A stretch of DNA of 63,962 nucleotides, filler included, from Cladosporium halotolerans (lineage: Eukaryota), in assembly GCF_011745625.1 (NCBI RefSeq). It is 8 parts of 8 records of this genome, joined end to end, with 100 filler letters (N's around TTAATTAATTAA, not from the genome) between each part and the next. Parts side by side here need not be neighbours in the genome. Positions count along the whole stretch, not along the records: positions 50,224 to 58,298 come from NW_027191620.1; positions 58,399 to 63,962 come from NW_027191664.1; 6 more parts are not named here. The stretch is one strand, 5' to 3'. The first letter of the stretch is position 1; every line of letters begins with the position of its first letter. Shown one piece after another: positions 50,224 through 61,825 of the stretch. The position numbers and the translations under genes were made by a program. The notes under the pieces are model-generated. The model made no database searches, had not been told where the DNA came from, and worked only from the letters and a program-made list of their open reading frames with translations.

Positions 50224-52248
50224 TTGTTGATGTGTGAGATACAAGTAGTGGAAGCTCCTCGACACCGGGCCCGTCAAGCGTGCCTGAGGTGTGGACGTGC
50301 TTGAGGTGGGGAAAGCTTCTATTGAAAGATGTGATGGTTATTCACCTGCGAGATGACTAGTACCTTCGCCGCGAAGTACCTTTCTAAATGTTATGTCAGA
50401 GCCTGCTGATGAGTTCTTGATGTCTCATGGCCAATGTGCCGTACAGTAGTGTTAACGCCACGCCTCAAGTCGTGCAAATGTGAAATTATCGGAGAGAGAA
50501 GTCTTGTGGTAACATTCTGCCAAACGGTCCTCCGTCGGTGGAGTGAGGATTGGCAAGGCTTTCGCATCTGGCCCTTTCAATCCGACCTGATCGATCATTC
50601 GCTTAAAATGGGTTATGCAGCTCATGCAGGTTCCGAGGTCAGCTGAAGACAGGTTATTGCCAAATATGAAGGATTCAATGGCCTGAGAACTCGTACTGGT
50701 ATCAAACCCGAATTCACTCCATAGCGAGGTTTCCGTTTGAGGCCTCATTTTTCCCGGGAGCCTCTTTTGCCGACTTTGAAGGATACTCTTGGCTATAACC
50801 ACAATCTGATGCCTTGGCTCCATGTTCTGAGTGGTATAGCCATGAAGAATTCGTAAAAGCGTGAGTATTTGACGCTGATATGGTCAGCCCGGATCCATGC
50901 GCTGCTAGGTCTTTCGGAAATTTCACTGGAACTTACCAGTTCTGCTTCAATCTGACGAGCACCTGCATTGCTTACTTGAGCACGGTCACACATGACAATC
51001 GATCCTGCTAGACATGCGTGGAAGTTTGTTGGATCGGCAGGAACTGCCCCTGTGTTTTTGCGGCACACAAAGTCATGGAAAGCCGCTTCGTGATGTACTC
51101 TAACGGTGTCAAGGATGCTCCGAGAGAGGCCGTCGAATTCGCGAACAACGGAGTCCAGCTGTATCTGGATTCGCTTATTGTAGGCGCCAATAAGGCTCTC
51201 TAAAGTGGTTGACGCCGTTTCCATCAAGTAAGCCATTTGGTCTAGGGATCGCCTCCAAAGCTGTGTTCCCTTGTTGTCAGAGTCTAGTAAAAGTCACATG
51301 TGCTTGTCAAAGCTGAAAGAGTCCATAGAAGGGAGACTTTGGAGGTCTCCATGAAGACTTGAGCATAGCTGTCTCAAAGGGAGACGCACGATCTTGTTCG
51401 ATGCGGAAGCCTGCTAGCGGGCCACCGAGATCGAAGAAGTTTGCCACTATTGTTCCAGGCCCTCTTAATAAAGTTTAAAGTTACGCTTGCCGCTTTATAG
51501 CACTGCTTTTCTATGATTCTATACTCACACATGGTTGCGACTCACACATGGTTGCGAGATTGTCGATATACATGTCGCTTTTACCAGTGTAAACTTCTCT
51601 TCATTGTATGTGGGGGAGGAAAAGTACTGTAGCTAAATCTATCGACAAAGTCTCCCTAATGGGATACCAAAAGCTAATTTGGCACTGAAAATGCGTATGA
51701 CATCGATTTCTTAAAGCCACATAAACAGTATTGAATCCATAACATTCAGCAGACTAACATCGAGAATCGCTGTTGTATAGGCCTGGTCGTTCTCGGCAAT
51801 AGAACTAGGTTTTTGGGCCACACCTTTGGCTCAAACTGCATTGAGCCAAGGAATGCATTTGAGCAGCTACAGGACGCAGAGCGCTGGACTTGAATCCTGG
51901 ACGAGGAAGCCCCAGACTCTCCACCTTGGCGCGATTAGCAGCGCTGGGCAATTACTATTTTACCGAGGATGCCGCGTCACGTTTTCTTAGAAGCTTCCGA
52001 AGATACCAACATGGTGACCGAGTCTTTGAGACTGTCCCGGAAGGCTTTCCTATTCATTCCAGACTTCCAAGAGGCTCTCGCAATTCTTAACAAAGCCAAG
52101 GGCGCGCTGGCCCCTCTGAAATGCCCCCGAGCAACTGCCATGCTTCGAGAAGCTCAAGAAGGCTAAGAAGTCGCAAAAGGTCATGAGTACAAGATGCCGA
52201 TGCTGTGGTGAAGAACATACTGACAGCAAGTTACCGTGGAAACCGGCT

Positions 52249-53001
52249 CTAGCACCGCATTCTTTGACGAATAGAATATGTATGCGCCATGCGCCGTGCG
52301 CCATTCAATCTACGGCTGGCCGAGAGGATCGCGACATGATCAACTTTGTCTTTCCTTTCATTTGACCGGTCCGACCCATTTGTATATATTGCAAGCCTAG
52401 ACTCTTCTTGTGATAGCCCACCCGCGAAGCCAAATAATATTTCCAATAACTCATGTGTTTGATGCACGTTAAGGCCAGCGCTCTTCACCTTAAGCAACGT
52501 CCGTTCTGGCAGGGGGACAAGAAAATCTTCGTATCTCTGTAACCGCCTCTTTAGCCTTTGGTTACGACGTCTGAGTTCTCCAACAATGATCTGTAAGTCC
52601 TCCGTCGCATCAAGGTCGGTTTGATATGGCAGACTGCTTTCGAACTGAAGAAGTTGAGCTGTAGTTACACCGGAGTCTCCTCGCACAGACTGATATCGAA
52701 CCTTCGGCGGGGGTTTTGGCGATGCAGTAGAACAGATGGATTGACGATCATGGTCTATACGCACCACGCTGGCTTCTGTGATCTGGCCCCTCGACTTTTC
52801 GGACCTCATCATCGCAGCGCTCTGTGTATCCAGTGTATTTTCGACATCCATGGCTCGAAAGTCTGGAGCCCAAGCATGGCCGTCTGTAGTGCTGCAGAAC
52901 TTGGTGATGGTGCGTTCACTCGACATGTTCCGTCGCAATTTTGAGTAAGGGTCCTCAAACACTCGAGATGGGCGCCGTGAAGAATGCGGCAACTGAGGCA
53001 C
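52249..53001 (-). CDS. Short FREQUENCY (FRQ)-like protein containing only the N-terminal coiled-coil block
   Basis: ATEDLQIIVGELRRRNQRLKRRLQRYE..LLKVKSAGLNVHQTHELLEILFGFAGGL aligns by eye with FRQ [54 protein letters not shown] (recalled sequence). Confidence 0.65.
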   Translation of the reverse strand: MPQLPHSSRRPSRVFEDPYSKLRRNMSSERTITKFCSTTDGHAWAPDFRAMDVENTLDTQSAAMMRSEKSRGQITEASVVRIDHDRQSICSTASPKPPPKVRYQSVRGDSGVTTAQLLQFESSLPYQTDLDATEDLQIIVGELRRRNQRLKRRLQRYEDFLVPLPERTLLKVKSAGLNVHQTHELLEILFGFAGGLSQEESRLAIYTNGSDRSNERKDKVDHVAILSASRRLNGARRMAHTYSIRQRMRC

Positions 53002-53634
53002 GGAAGATAGTTCGGCAGGATAGTGGATGTTGAACGATGGTTGTGGTCAGACGATGCAGTGATGCTTGCGTAGACGGCATTCGAACACGTCGTGGATAAA
53101 CCAGTTCAGTGCGCATGCACCCTGGTTGACGGTTGGCACAGAACGCTGGGCTGAGATTGCTTGTCCGGCGGGCTTGGCGTTTTGACACCGCCGCTCAAAT
53201 AATTGCCGCTCGCCGTTTAACCGTTAGCCAATTCACGTACCGCCAGTCCCTGGTACATCAACCTTTGCTGGCCCTGCGATGAGGATCGGGAGCCCGTAGT
53301 CAGTCGGACGAGACGGACCCTCACGTTACAGCCCGTGCCTCACGTGGCCCTACATCTCGAGCTGTCGACGCCACGTGATGCGGCGCAATGACGCGGCTAT
53401 GTCCGAGCCGATCTACGAAGCCTAGAAGGGACTGTCCTAGTCTTTGCCACTTTTTCGAGCTCGCCGTGGGTTTAATCGGTCAATCACCAGCGTCCTCAGT
53501 CTTTATACATTGTACTTCAGGCACATTGCTTTTCGCGAAGTTTCGGAACCTTTGCCAACAAATTTCCTATCCATTCCTTGGCCTTGTGGGATCACTGAAA
53601 CAAATACACCTATATACCTTCCGTGACATATTAC

Positions 53635-53910
53635 ATGCCCAAACAAGGGCGTGCCATCGAACCTGCACCGCCAGTCGCGCAAAGCCCCAGCACAGCTGTA
53701 AACGACACGTCAGCAGCATCGAATGGTTCAAATACGAACAGTCTGTCGCCGACCGGCACTTGGCTAAGTCCTCAAGAAGCCAGATGTTCGCGTTGCCGGG
53801 AGACAGCTAGTGACCTCTCCCGATTCGCCCCTTTGATCATGTTCAGATATGGTCTCAATCTGTGGTACTGCTCGCGATGCGCTGGTTTCGTCGGCTGGAA
53901 ATCACGCTGA
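53635..53910 (+). CDS. Small putative zinc-ribbon protein
   Basis: CSRC..GLNLWYCSRCAGFVGW after a Ser/Thr-rich N-terminus. Confidence 0.45.
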   Translation: MPKQGRAIEPAPPVAQSPSTAVNDTSAASNGSNTNSLSPTGTWLSPQEARCSRCRETASDLSRFAPLIMFRYGLNLWYCSRCAGFVGWKSR

Positions 53911-56370
53911 ACCACAGCGCGGCGAAGATCGCGGAAGCCACACTTGCTTCTTTTGGATTTCACTCTCTCGATTTTGCTACCCTAGCAAGATACTTTTGGT
54001 GTCAGTCGCAGCCCCAACTTGCAGCCTCTGAAGCGGATACTTCATAGGCCGCTATAAAGAAGATTGAGGCTGATTCGCAAAGCATCACGACTCATCTCGA
54101 AGCAATGTCGCGGAAATTTGATTCTTACACCTCGATGGCTGCAACGTGATCTCCCGGCAGCTTTCTGCTCAAAAGCCAGCGCACAAGTTGATCATTGCCC
54201 CACGGCCATCTCGACAAGCATTGTTGGACGTGGATTCCAGACCGACCTTGACTGAAATTGCAAATATGGTCACCACATTTCGGCCATCGATACGATGGAG
54301 AAGGGCCTGACTGCACTCGACATTCTGGAAATACAATTCTTACGCATGCTCCTTCAGACGGCCTCACGAACTACTTCGGCGCTATGACGATCTTGAGAGC
54401 TTTGATCTGAAGGATAGAGGATATCATCCATAGGGTAAGCGCTCTCGAGAAGAGCATGAGATGGTTGCCCTCAGACCCCCTGGAAAAGCTGGACCGCTGA
54501 CTTGGCTGCTGGCGTATCAGCCAGGGCATGCCATAACCTGCCTTAGGCATTTTGCATTACCGTTTGCGTTTCTTCTTTTAGTCCGGAACGATGAATCCTC
54601 CAAAACCGCTCCTCCGTGCTAGGCTTCTCCTATTACAACCATTGGTGTACAACGCCCTCCACAGGCCATAACCCATGATAAATGACTACCGAGATAATCG
54701 CACATACCCAACCAGCCCGCTTGACTTTGTCCGGTTGTAATGTCTGCTTACACCCGGACACAAAAAGTGTCGTCTATACACCTATTCCCTTGAATCCCGA
54801 CTTTGTATTTTGCCCGTGCGTGACAAGAGTGCTCCCCTGTCGGGCCGGGCCTGTGAACGACATCCGCAGCGACGGTGGTGGGAAGCGAGAACATGTCGAG
54901 CGCTCGTTCTCGTTGATTCAAATGGTTGCATGGCTTGCAAGACAGCAGGTACGTGGGAGTTTTCGCCGACTGGCAATTGAGAATTCCCGAGCGTGCGGTA
55001 TTAGTTCTGCTCGCGAGCGATGGCCATTATCGTTAGCTGCGGAAGCATACCATGCCCATTGTCCATCCAGCCTTATTATGACGAGCAAGTTGCCAACACG
55101 CGCGGATCTCACAGATAACTCAGTGCGTGCGGGTTGCGATCAATGGACCATGCATCTCCAAAACTGGTTGGGTTCGTGGTGACAGTATGTATGGTAGACG
55201 GTCGCGGAAGCGATGCCATCGAACACACAGAGGTTTCATTTCTTTGATCAGGGAAAACGCGTCTGAGGCAGAGTGCATGTTCTGGCATGTGAAGAGCAGC
55301 GCGGAAAGCCCGTATTGCAAGGCAATTTAGTAGAAAAGCAGAACCAGTTGACCTCAAAGAACCCCATGTCTGTGAGTCATCTACTATATCCTATCTCGTG
55401 GGATTTGAGAAGATCTGTTTGCCAGGCTCGGGGCGGTCCGCCGCCGCTCTCTTGCTCGGTACACACATCGCCAATTGCTTGCTTGATCGTCCCACAACTT
55501 TCATGAACAATGCTGTAAGTGCTTGCTTTTGTGTCTCACCCATACGAAGACTTGTTGTCCACCTCTGCAAATCTATCTTACGTGGCCTGGCATTTACTCA
55601 CATGTTTGTTGGCTTGTAGCAATTAACATTGCGAGATCCTAAGTGAAGTTTATCGCTTCATTGCTAGGGGCCTGGGCTTACAGGCAGACAGAAAGAAACA
55701 ATGCTGGAAAACAGGACGTTGGCAGAATCGTTTTCGAACAACAATGCTGGACGCTATGTTGACCGATATCACATGGGAACGAGCTTATCTATAAGGTCGA
55801 GACATGCGGGAAGGCGGAAAGTGGTGTTGGCCCTGCAATGCATGTTGACCAGCACAAGCTTTTCCCCGCACCCGGCTTTTCGCTGCGGCAGGATGCACTT
55901 TAGACGCTGTAACGCGCTTCTCGGAGAAGCTCTGGAACGGCCTCTCTCTGCAGGGAAGCATTGAACCAGGTGCGACGTATTGGCTTCGGCTAACCGATAT
56001 GAGATTGCTGCGACACCTCAGCGTCGCTCCTTCACAAAGTTGCCGTTTGCTCATTGGTCGCATGCCTGCGGGAAAGCTTAGGCGATGCGGGGATTAGGCC
56101 CTGATTTCTTACACGTTCATTCACTACTGTACATAAGCGGTGCCAGGATGCAGGCGTCCAATGTGCAGGACGGGAAACGGTCTGAGCCGCGTCCTCCGAT
56201 CGATCTGATCCTTCAGTTGCCAGGGAGTCGCGCTGCGATACATCACCAAGCATCTGCACTGCACCTCTACCACATCGATTTTTGCGAGTCCTCAAACATT
56301 CACGCTAGAATCTTTGTCTGTATCAGACAAAGGACTCATTCAGATCAAATCAAATTTGATATGCGTGGCG

Positions 56371-56920
56371 ATGGCTAGGGCACAACGAGCACCAAGGCTA
56401 TTAGCGCCTAAAATCACGACTGCTCACACGTTGGATCCTGTCTTTCGGACGACCGATGCCAATTCCAATGACCTCCAAGCGCTGTCGCCACCGATACCGC
56501 GGGTACGGAGAAGTCAGGTCAAAGTTGCGTGTATAGCTTGCCAGAGGGGGAAAGCGAAGGTGAGTTATACCTACACAAAACGAAGGCTCTAGAAGGGCTC
56601 TGACACTTCAGTAGTGCGATAGCCGGCGGCCTTCTTGCAAACGTTGTGCAAAGAAGGGCGTCCTTTGCGAGTACGATGTTGAACCTGACTCGACACGTTT
56701 CGCATCTCTCCAGCGAAAGACCACCGCGCTCCAGGCGGAAGTGAATGACTTGCACGGACTATTTCACTATATTCGCACTCGCTCCGGCCGTCAGGCTGGG
56801 GAATTGTTTTGGGAGATACGGGCGTCGAAAAGCCCTATCGACGCAGCAAAGGCATCGAGGATTCTACGCGGGTTCCATGAATGTATTGAAGGTGAGAGGG
56901 TGGAAATCGGAACTCATTAG
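56371..56920 (+). CDS. Short Zn(II)2Cys6 protein (DNA-binding cluster plus coiled coil only); intron 56560-56614
   Basis: VACIACQRGKAK|CDSRRPSCKRCAKKGVLCEY after splicing GTGAGT...TAG; stop at 56918-56920. Confidence 0.8.
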
Positions 56921-57501
56921 GAGACAAGTCGATATGGCTTTTGAGAATGCCTATGACAGTCCGGATTGGTTTCAAGCCCAGAGATCTGCGTCTCTCATTT
57001 CTAGCCTTCGAGCAAAAACGTACACGGCTATCGTATGGCGGTTCAGCGTTCCAGCACCACATGGGCAGACGCTGATACCGAATAGATTCGTCTTAGAAAC
57101 AGGATATTATACCAAGTTGTCGCTGGTGGTCTCGATGCTTTATTGGCTTGAAAAATGTTCAGAACCGCTGAGACGCGACTACACTACGGTCGCGCGGGCG
57201 GCAAGCCCGCTGTGCCCCGCGGAGCTGCCCGAGCGAATCAAAAATGGCTATGATCGCGACACCGGAGTGTCTTCGCGTCTGGCCCTAGTCAGCGGGCCCC
57301 AAGGCTGATCCTGCAGAACGACCAGTCTGGCGCTTATTTGCAAGCCGCACCTCCGTTAATGGTCCCTGACGACATGCATTTAGATGCATGACGTTCTTCT
57401 TGCCGCAGCGCATCTGGCACATCTCCATCCATCTTCATTCGGGCCACCTGTCGCTTCTACGTAGGCTCGAAAGTTGAAGCGCCGAACGATGACGGCGACG
57501 A

Positions 57502-57773
57502 TTTGGACAATGAAACGACTGTCTACGCGATCGGTGCCCCAAAACTTGGTTAGGCACGCAGGCAAACGACAGGAGAACAGCAAGAGATGGGTGATCAAGG
57601 AAGTAACGTCCATCCACCTGTGGCGGGAATCTTCTTCTGATATTCGCTCTGTATCCGTTATCCACGCCACATGTCATTGACAACTCATCTCTTGCTCTTC
57701 TCCTGTCGTTTGCCTATAGGCTTGACCGCGTGCCGAAGCACCGACTGAGTAGACAGCCGTTCCATCGTCCAAA
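57502..57773. repeat. Imperfect inverted repeat with 97-bp arms and a 78-bp spacer
   Basis: 57502-57598 aligns without gaps to the reverse complement of 57677-57773, including an exact AGGCAAACGACAGGAGAA block. Confidence 0.85.
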
Positions 57774-57940
57774 CTAGGGCACAGTCCAGCAGAAGCAAGT
57801 GCGCGTCGCGGCGATTGCGGTCCGACCCGAAAATTGCCGGCCTCAAAATCTGAGATTGCGACCGCGTTTGCCTGACGTCCTCGCATCCTTCTCTTTGTCC
57901 CGGATTGCTGATCGCAAAGCTTGATACCCTGATAAACAAC

Positions 57941-58298
57941 ATGAGCTTCATAGGACTCTTATTCTGTACTGATTGCGGAAATCTGCTCCCGCGAGCAAAC
58001 AGACAACAGATGCCGCACATCATATGCGATGTCTGCGCAAAGTCAAATAGCAGTATGCATGCCTTTGATCTGCAGTATGAATTGCGCTGAACTTTTCGCA
58101 GACCAGTGGCCCGACGAACAAACTACGGTATCGCGACCCGAAGCATTTCCGTCATCATTGCGACGCAAACTCTTGTCGAATACGATCGAAATCTCACAAG
58201 ATGTTGCCAACTCCCAACAGACTGCGAATGAAGAATGTCCTAGATGTCACAATCCGCAGCTGCGATTCAGCGAGGCTCAACTGCGTAGCGCCGATGAG
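57941..58298 (+). CDS. rpa12: RNA polymerase I subunit A12.2-like protein (3' end truncated by the gap)
   Basis: LLFCTDCGNLL..CDVC, an intron, then FPSSLRRK..CPRC..QLRSADE. Confidence 0.85.
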
Positions 58299-58398
58299 NN
58301 NNNNNNNNNNNNNNNNNNNNNNNNNNNNNNNNNNNNNNNNNNTTAATTAATTAANNNNNNNNNNNNNNNNNNNNNNNNNNNNNNNNNNNNNNNNNNNN
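58299..58398. other. Artificial contig linker
   Basis: N44-TTAATTAATTAA-N44. Confidence 0.99.
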
Positions 58399-59402
58399 GC
58401 CGTAAGGACTTCACCACCTGGGAGCAAACGAAAATGATGGCGATGTTTTTGCGCTGTCTCAGATACGTGTGTGGAGGCCACTTGCTTGAACAGGAGGGTG
58501 CACTCTGGCACAGCAAGCGCGAGAGAACGGTCGGTGATCCACCGCGTTTGCGGCTTTGGTACGGTCTTGGCTTCAAGAACACCCTTCCTATGCATAAGTA
58601 CTGCTGGATGGAGCCGCGTATAGACTGGAACACCGTCCAGTTCAAGTCGGACGTGACAGACAACGTGCTCTTCGGCAATAAGACCCTACAGGGCGAGTAC
58701 CTCCGTCGCGGAAGGCAGGCGAAAGGCTTCTTCGACATCAGTCGACAGCTTGAGCTCGCGTTGGACTGGATCGGAGAGCATCGGAACAACGATCGGCTCT
58801 GCGATCGACTCGTGTCATGGATGGTACACATCTGTCTGGTGCAGTTCCGGCTAGACGTCATGAGCGCGGTGAAGGGCGAAGTCAAATCGGAAGTGCAAGA
58901 AGAGGCACTCAAGGGAGAAAAAGGTCTGTGTCACGAGTACGTCGACGAGATAATGCGCGGAGGCTGCTATTTGATGTCGGGCAACAAGACCGAGTTCAAG
59001 CAAGTATCCAGACTAGGTCACTTCCTTTTCGACTTCGACGACGGGGTGGTTAGGGAGCACTGGGAGGACAGGCCATTCAGGGTGTTATATCGACGAGCGA
59101 GGACGGGCGTCAGGATCCGGAACCGGCAGTACAAAAGGCTTTTCCAGGCAAGACTGTGGGAATGGCTTTACGAGTACCACTGGGTGTTGCCATACCCCTG
59201 CGGCAACGCACTTCTCCAGACCACCAAGACAGGAAAGCGAATGTGGTACTCAATCCAGCGCAGCGCGGAGGACGATAGACGATCGGAAAAGTGGGAATGG
59301 GCGAGGAAAGGATGGCAGGGAGGAAGGCCGAGAGAGTTCCCGGCCTGGACGAAGTGGGGCAAAGAAGAATGGCAACAGTGGATAGAGAGAGGAGGCATGT
59401 AG
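58399..59402 (+). CDS. Uncharacterised Trp/Arg-rich protein, C-terminal part (open from the contig edge)
   Basis: Frame open from RKDFTTWEQTKMM to the stop at 59402; more than 330 codons, intronless; no domain recognised. Confidence 0.75.
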
Positions 59403-59631
59403 GTCCGTCAGGGTTGGATCAAACAGCTGGAATAGCCATGCGCTCAACTCGGTATCCCTGCGTCTCAAGATGCAACGAGGAGGAGACATGGAACGAAGCG
59501 CACGTCACATAGTGAACACATCACGACCACAAGATACATGGAGTAAACATAGGATCTTCCGACGATCCGTTACAGCAGCGTGACCACCGCGAGACGTGAC
59601 CGCACGCCCGCCCTGGCAGCCCTATGGCGAA

Positions 59632-59699
59632 TTTCGCGATCGAAACTAGGCTGTATCGGGGTTTCGCGGTCAACGCCAAGCCCAGCCTGGAATTTCGCG
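59632..59699. promoter_or_regulatory. Three TTTCGCG (CGCGAAA, SCB-like) boxes upstream of the helicase
   Basis: Exact heptamers at 59632, 59662 and 59693. Confidence 0.45.
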
Positions 59700-59785
59700 G
59701 TCGCGTTGACGCCGCTGCGGGCACCTGTGGGGCACCGTTGTCTCGCCGTTACTTCACTCACAACGCATCCCAATAGCGGCAAACG

Positions 59786-61825
59786 ATGGTCGACGAAACC
59801 CCGTCCAAAAAAAGGGGGAGACCGGCAAAGTACGCCAGCCCGTCAGAGAAAGCACGCGCAGACGTGGAGCGCAGGCGTGTGCTCCGACAGAAGGAAGCCC
59901 ACGACCGACGCGAGCGCTTGCACGCACAATTCTACGGCGCAAAATCGTCCGTCGTTGCTAAGCAGACGCCGAGTAGAGGACTGGACATTATATTGGAGTA
60001 CCCAGGAAAGCGTGAGTACACAGAAGGGCAAGATGGACGACCTCCAACGGACCAAGCCGTAGATCTACCCCGCCAGCAATGCCAGCACGGTAGCGAGGAC
60101 GATCACGAAAGTCCAAGTGCCGATACCGCACACAATAAAGTGATTCCGGATCCAACGCTATGCAGAGAGCAATCGGAGCTCGTCGAATTGGTACTCTCAG
60201 GCGCCAACGTCTTCTACACGGGCGGAGCCGGGACCGGCAAATCTACAGTCTTGCGAGCGATTATGAAAGAGCTGCGACAGAGGCACCGGCGGGTTCAAGT
60301 CGTTACGCCCACCGGTATCTCGGCGCTCAACGTCAGCGGCAGTACATACTTCACTTACGCAGGATGGAACCCCGGAGTCATGAAGAAAACGATCGAGGAG
60401 ATCAGACACATGGCGATGTCGAAGGAGCGTCGTCAAAGGATAAAGGACACGGACGTACTCATCATCGACGAAATCAGCATGCTCGAGTCAAACCAATTCC
60501 GACGGTTGGATCAGGCGTGTCGTGCGGCACACCAGAACGACGTTCCGTTCGGTGGCATCCAAGTTGTCGTGACGGGCGATTTTTACCAGCTGCCGCCCGT
60601 CAAGGCGTTCCAGACTTGCTTCGAGTGCGGAGTCGAACTAAAGGCGAAGCTATTTTGTAAGGGGTGCGAGCAGCCGCCGCCGCCGGCAGATCAAACGGAT
60701 ACGCGGCAACCGTCGAATCCGAGGCCGCGTGAAAGTTGTTTGGGATGCGGCTTGGGATTCCAGAAGCAGTTGAAGTGTCCACACTGCAGAGACGAATCTT
60801 GCACGGATGACCAGTGGCCATTCCGCAGCGAGGTCTGGGATGAGTGCAACTTCCACTGTGTCTCGCTGGCGGAAGTGCATCGGCAGAGCGACCCGACGTT
60901 CATCGGCATTCTGAACAGCCTTCGCATAGGTGACAAGCTGGATAAACACCAGTTGGCGCTTCTAGACGGCCGGGAGGGCGATGTGGGAGAGGCGGTAGAG
61001 CTCTCTCCGGTACGACGGGAGGTCGAGCAGAAGAACTCCGAAGGCTTCCAGGCAATCCGCGGCGCGGTTCGTGCGTACAAATGCCAGGACTACGTGCACA
61101 TCCAGCCGCACCACCCACATCTGGCAAACAAGGAAGAGCAGGATGGCGAGGGCAACAAGATGGGCTGCCGGGAACATCGCTTCCCACCGGTGCTAGAGAC
61201 CAAGTTCGGCATGCCCGTCATTCTGCTGGCAAACATCGACGCCGGTGCGGGACTGGTCAACGGCAGCCAAGGGCGCATCGTGGGATACTCGCCGCACAAG
61301 CCACTGATGAAGCAGCGGGAACGCAAGTTGCGAGAGTCAGGCGAGTTTAGTCATTTGGAAGAGCACGAGATCGTGTCGTGGGCCCAGCAGCAGGCGGCCG
61401 AGTTCCCGTTGCCCATCGTTCGGTTCGAGAACGGGGTGCAAGTCCCGGTGTACCCGGTGTGTCAAGACACGGAGCTCGGCGACCCGCCGCCATTCAGCGT
61501 GGTGGCGCGGACGCAAATCCCACTACTCCCGGCGTGGGCGATCACAATCCACAAGTCGCAGGGGATGACGCTAGAGAAAGCGGTGGTGAATCTAGAGCAC
61601 ATCTTCGAGCCGCAGATGGCATACGTGGCATTGTCCCGGGTACGCGGTCTGAGGGGATTGAAGGTGGTTAGCGGAGTCGGGTTGGACGTACTCCAGGAGC
61701 GTGGCAGACTGGGTGGCGGCAACCCCGTGGTTAGGAAGTTCATGAAAGAGACGTTTGGTCCGCCAGAGAGAACGGGAAACACGGAGGACTTTTTGGGGTC
61801 ATCGATAGAGGGTGACGAAGGATAG
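59786..61825 (+). CDS. PIF1-family SF1B DNA helicase with an N-terminal AT-hook and a four-CxxC insertion
   Basis: TGGAGTGKS, PTGISA, IIDEISM, PFGGIQVVVTGDFYQLPPV, VHRQSD, GLVNGSQG, RTQIPLLPAWAITIHKSQGMTL, QMAYVALSR. Confidence 0.93.
   Translation: MVDETPSKKRGRPAKYASPSEKARADVERRRVLRQKEAHDRRERLHAQFYGAKSSVVAKQTPSRGLDIILEYPGKREYTEGQDGRPPTDQAVDLPRQQCQHGSEDDHESPSADTAHNKVIPDPTLCREQSELVELVLSGANVFYTGGAGTGKSTVLRAIMKELRQRHRRVQVVTPTGISALNVSGSTYFTYAGWNPGVMKKTIEEIRHMAMSKERRQRIKDTDVLIIDEISMLESNQFRRLDQACRAAHQNDVPFGGIQVVVTGDFYQLPPVKAFQTCFECGVELKAKLFCKGCEQPPPPADQTDTRQPSNPRPRESCLGCGLGFQKQLKCPHCRDESCTDDQWPFRSEVWDECNFHCVSLAEVHRQSDPTFIGILNSLRIGDKLDKHQLALLDGREGDVGEAVELSPVRREVEQKNSEGFQAIRGAVRAYKCQDYVHIQPHHPHLANKEEQDGEGNKMGCREHRFPPVLETKFGMPVILLANIDAGAGLVNGSQGRIVGYSPHKPLMKQRERKLRESGEFSHLEEHEIVSWAQQQAAEFPLPIVRFENGVQVPVYPVCQDTELGDPPPFSVVARTQIPLLPAWAITIHKSQGMTLEKAVVNLEHIFEPQMAYVALSRVRGLRGLKVVSGVGLDVLQERGRLGGGNPVVRKFMKETFGPPERTGNTEDFLGSSIEGDEG

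Noticed and set aside
51523..51556. 17-bp tandem duplication ACTCACACATGGTTGCG
   Set aside because: Real but isolated; most simply explained by slippage or a repair scar.
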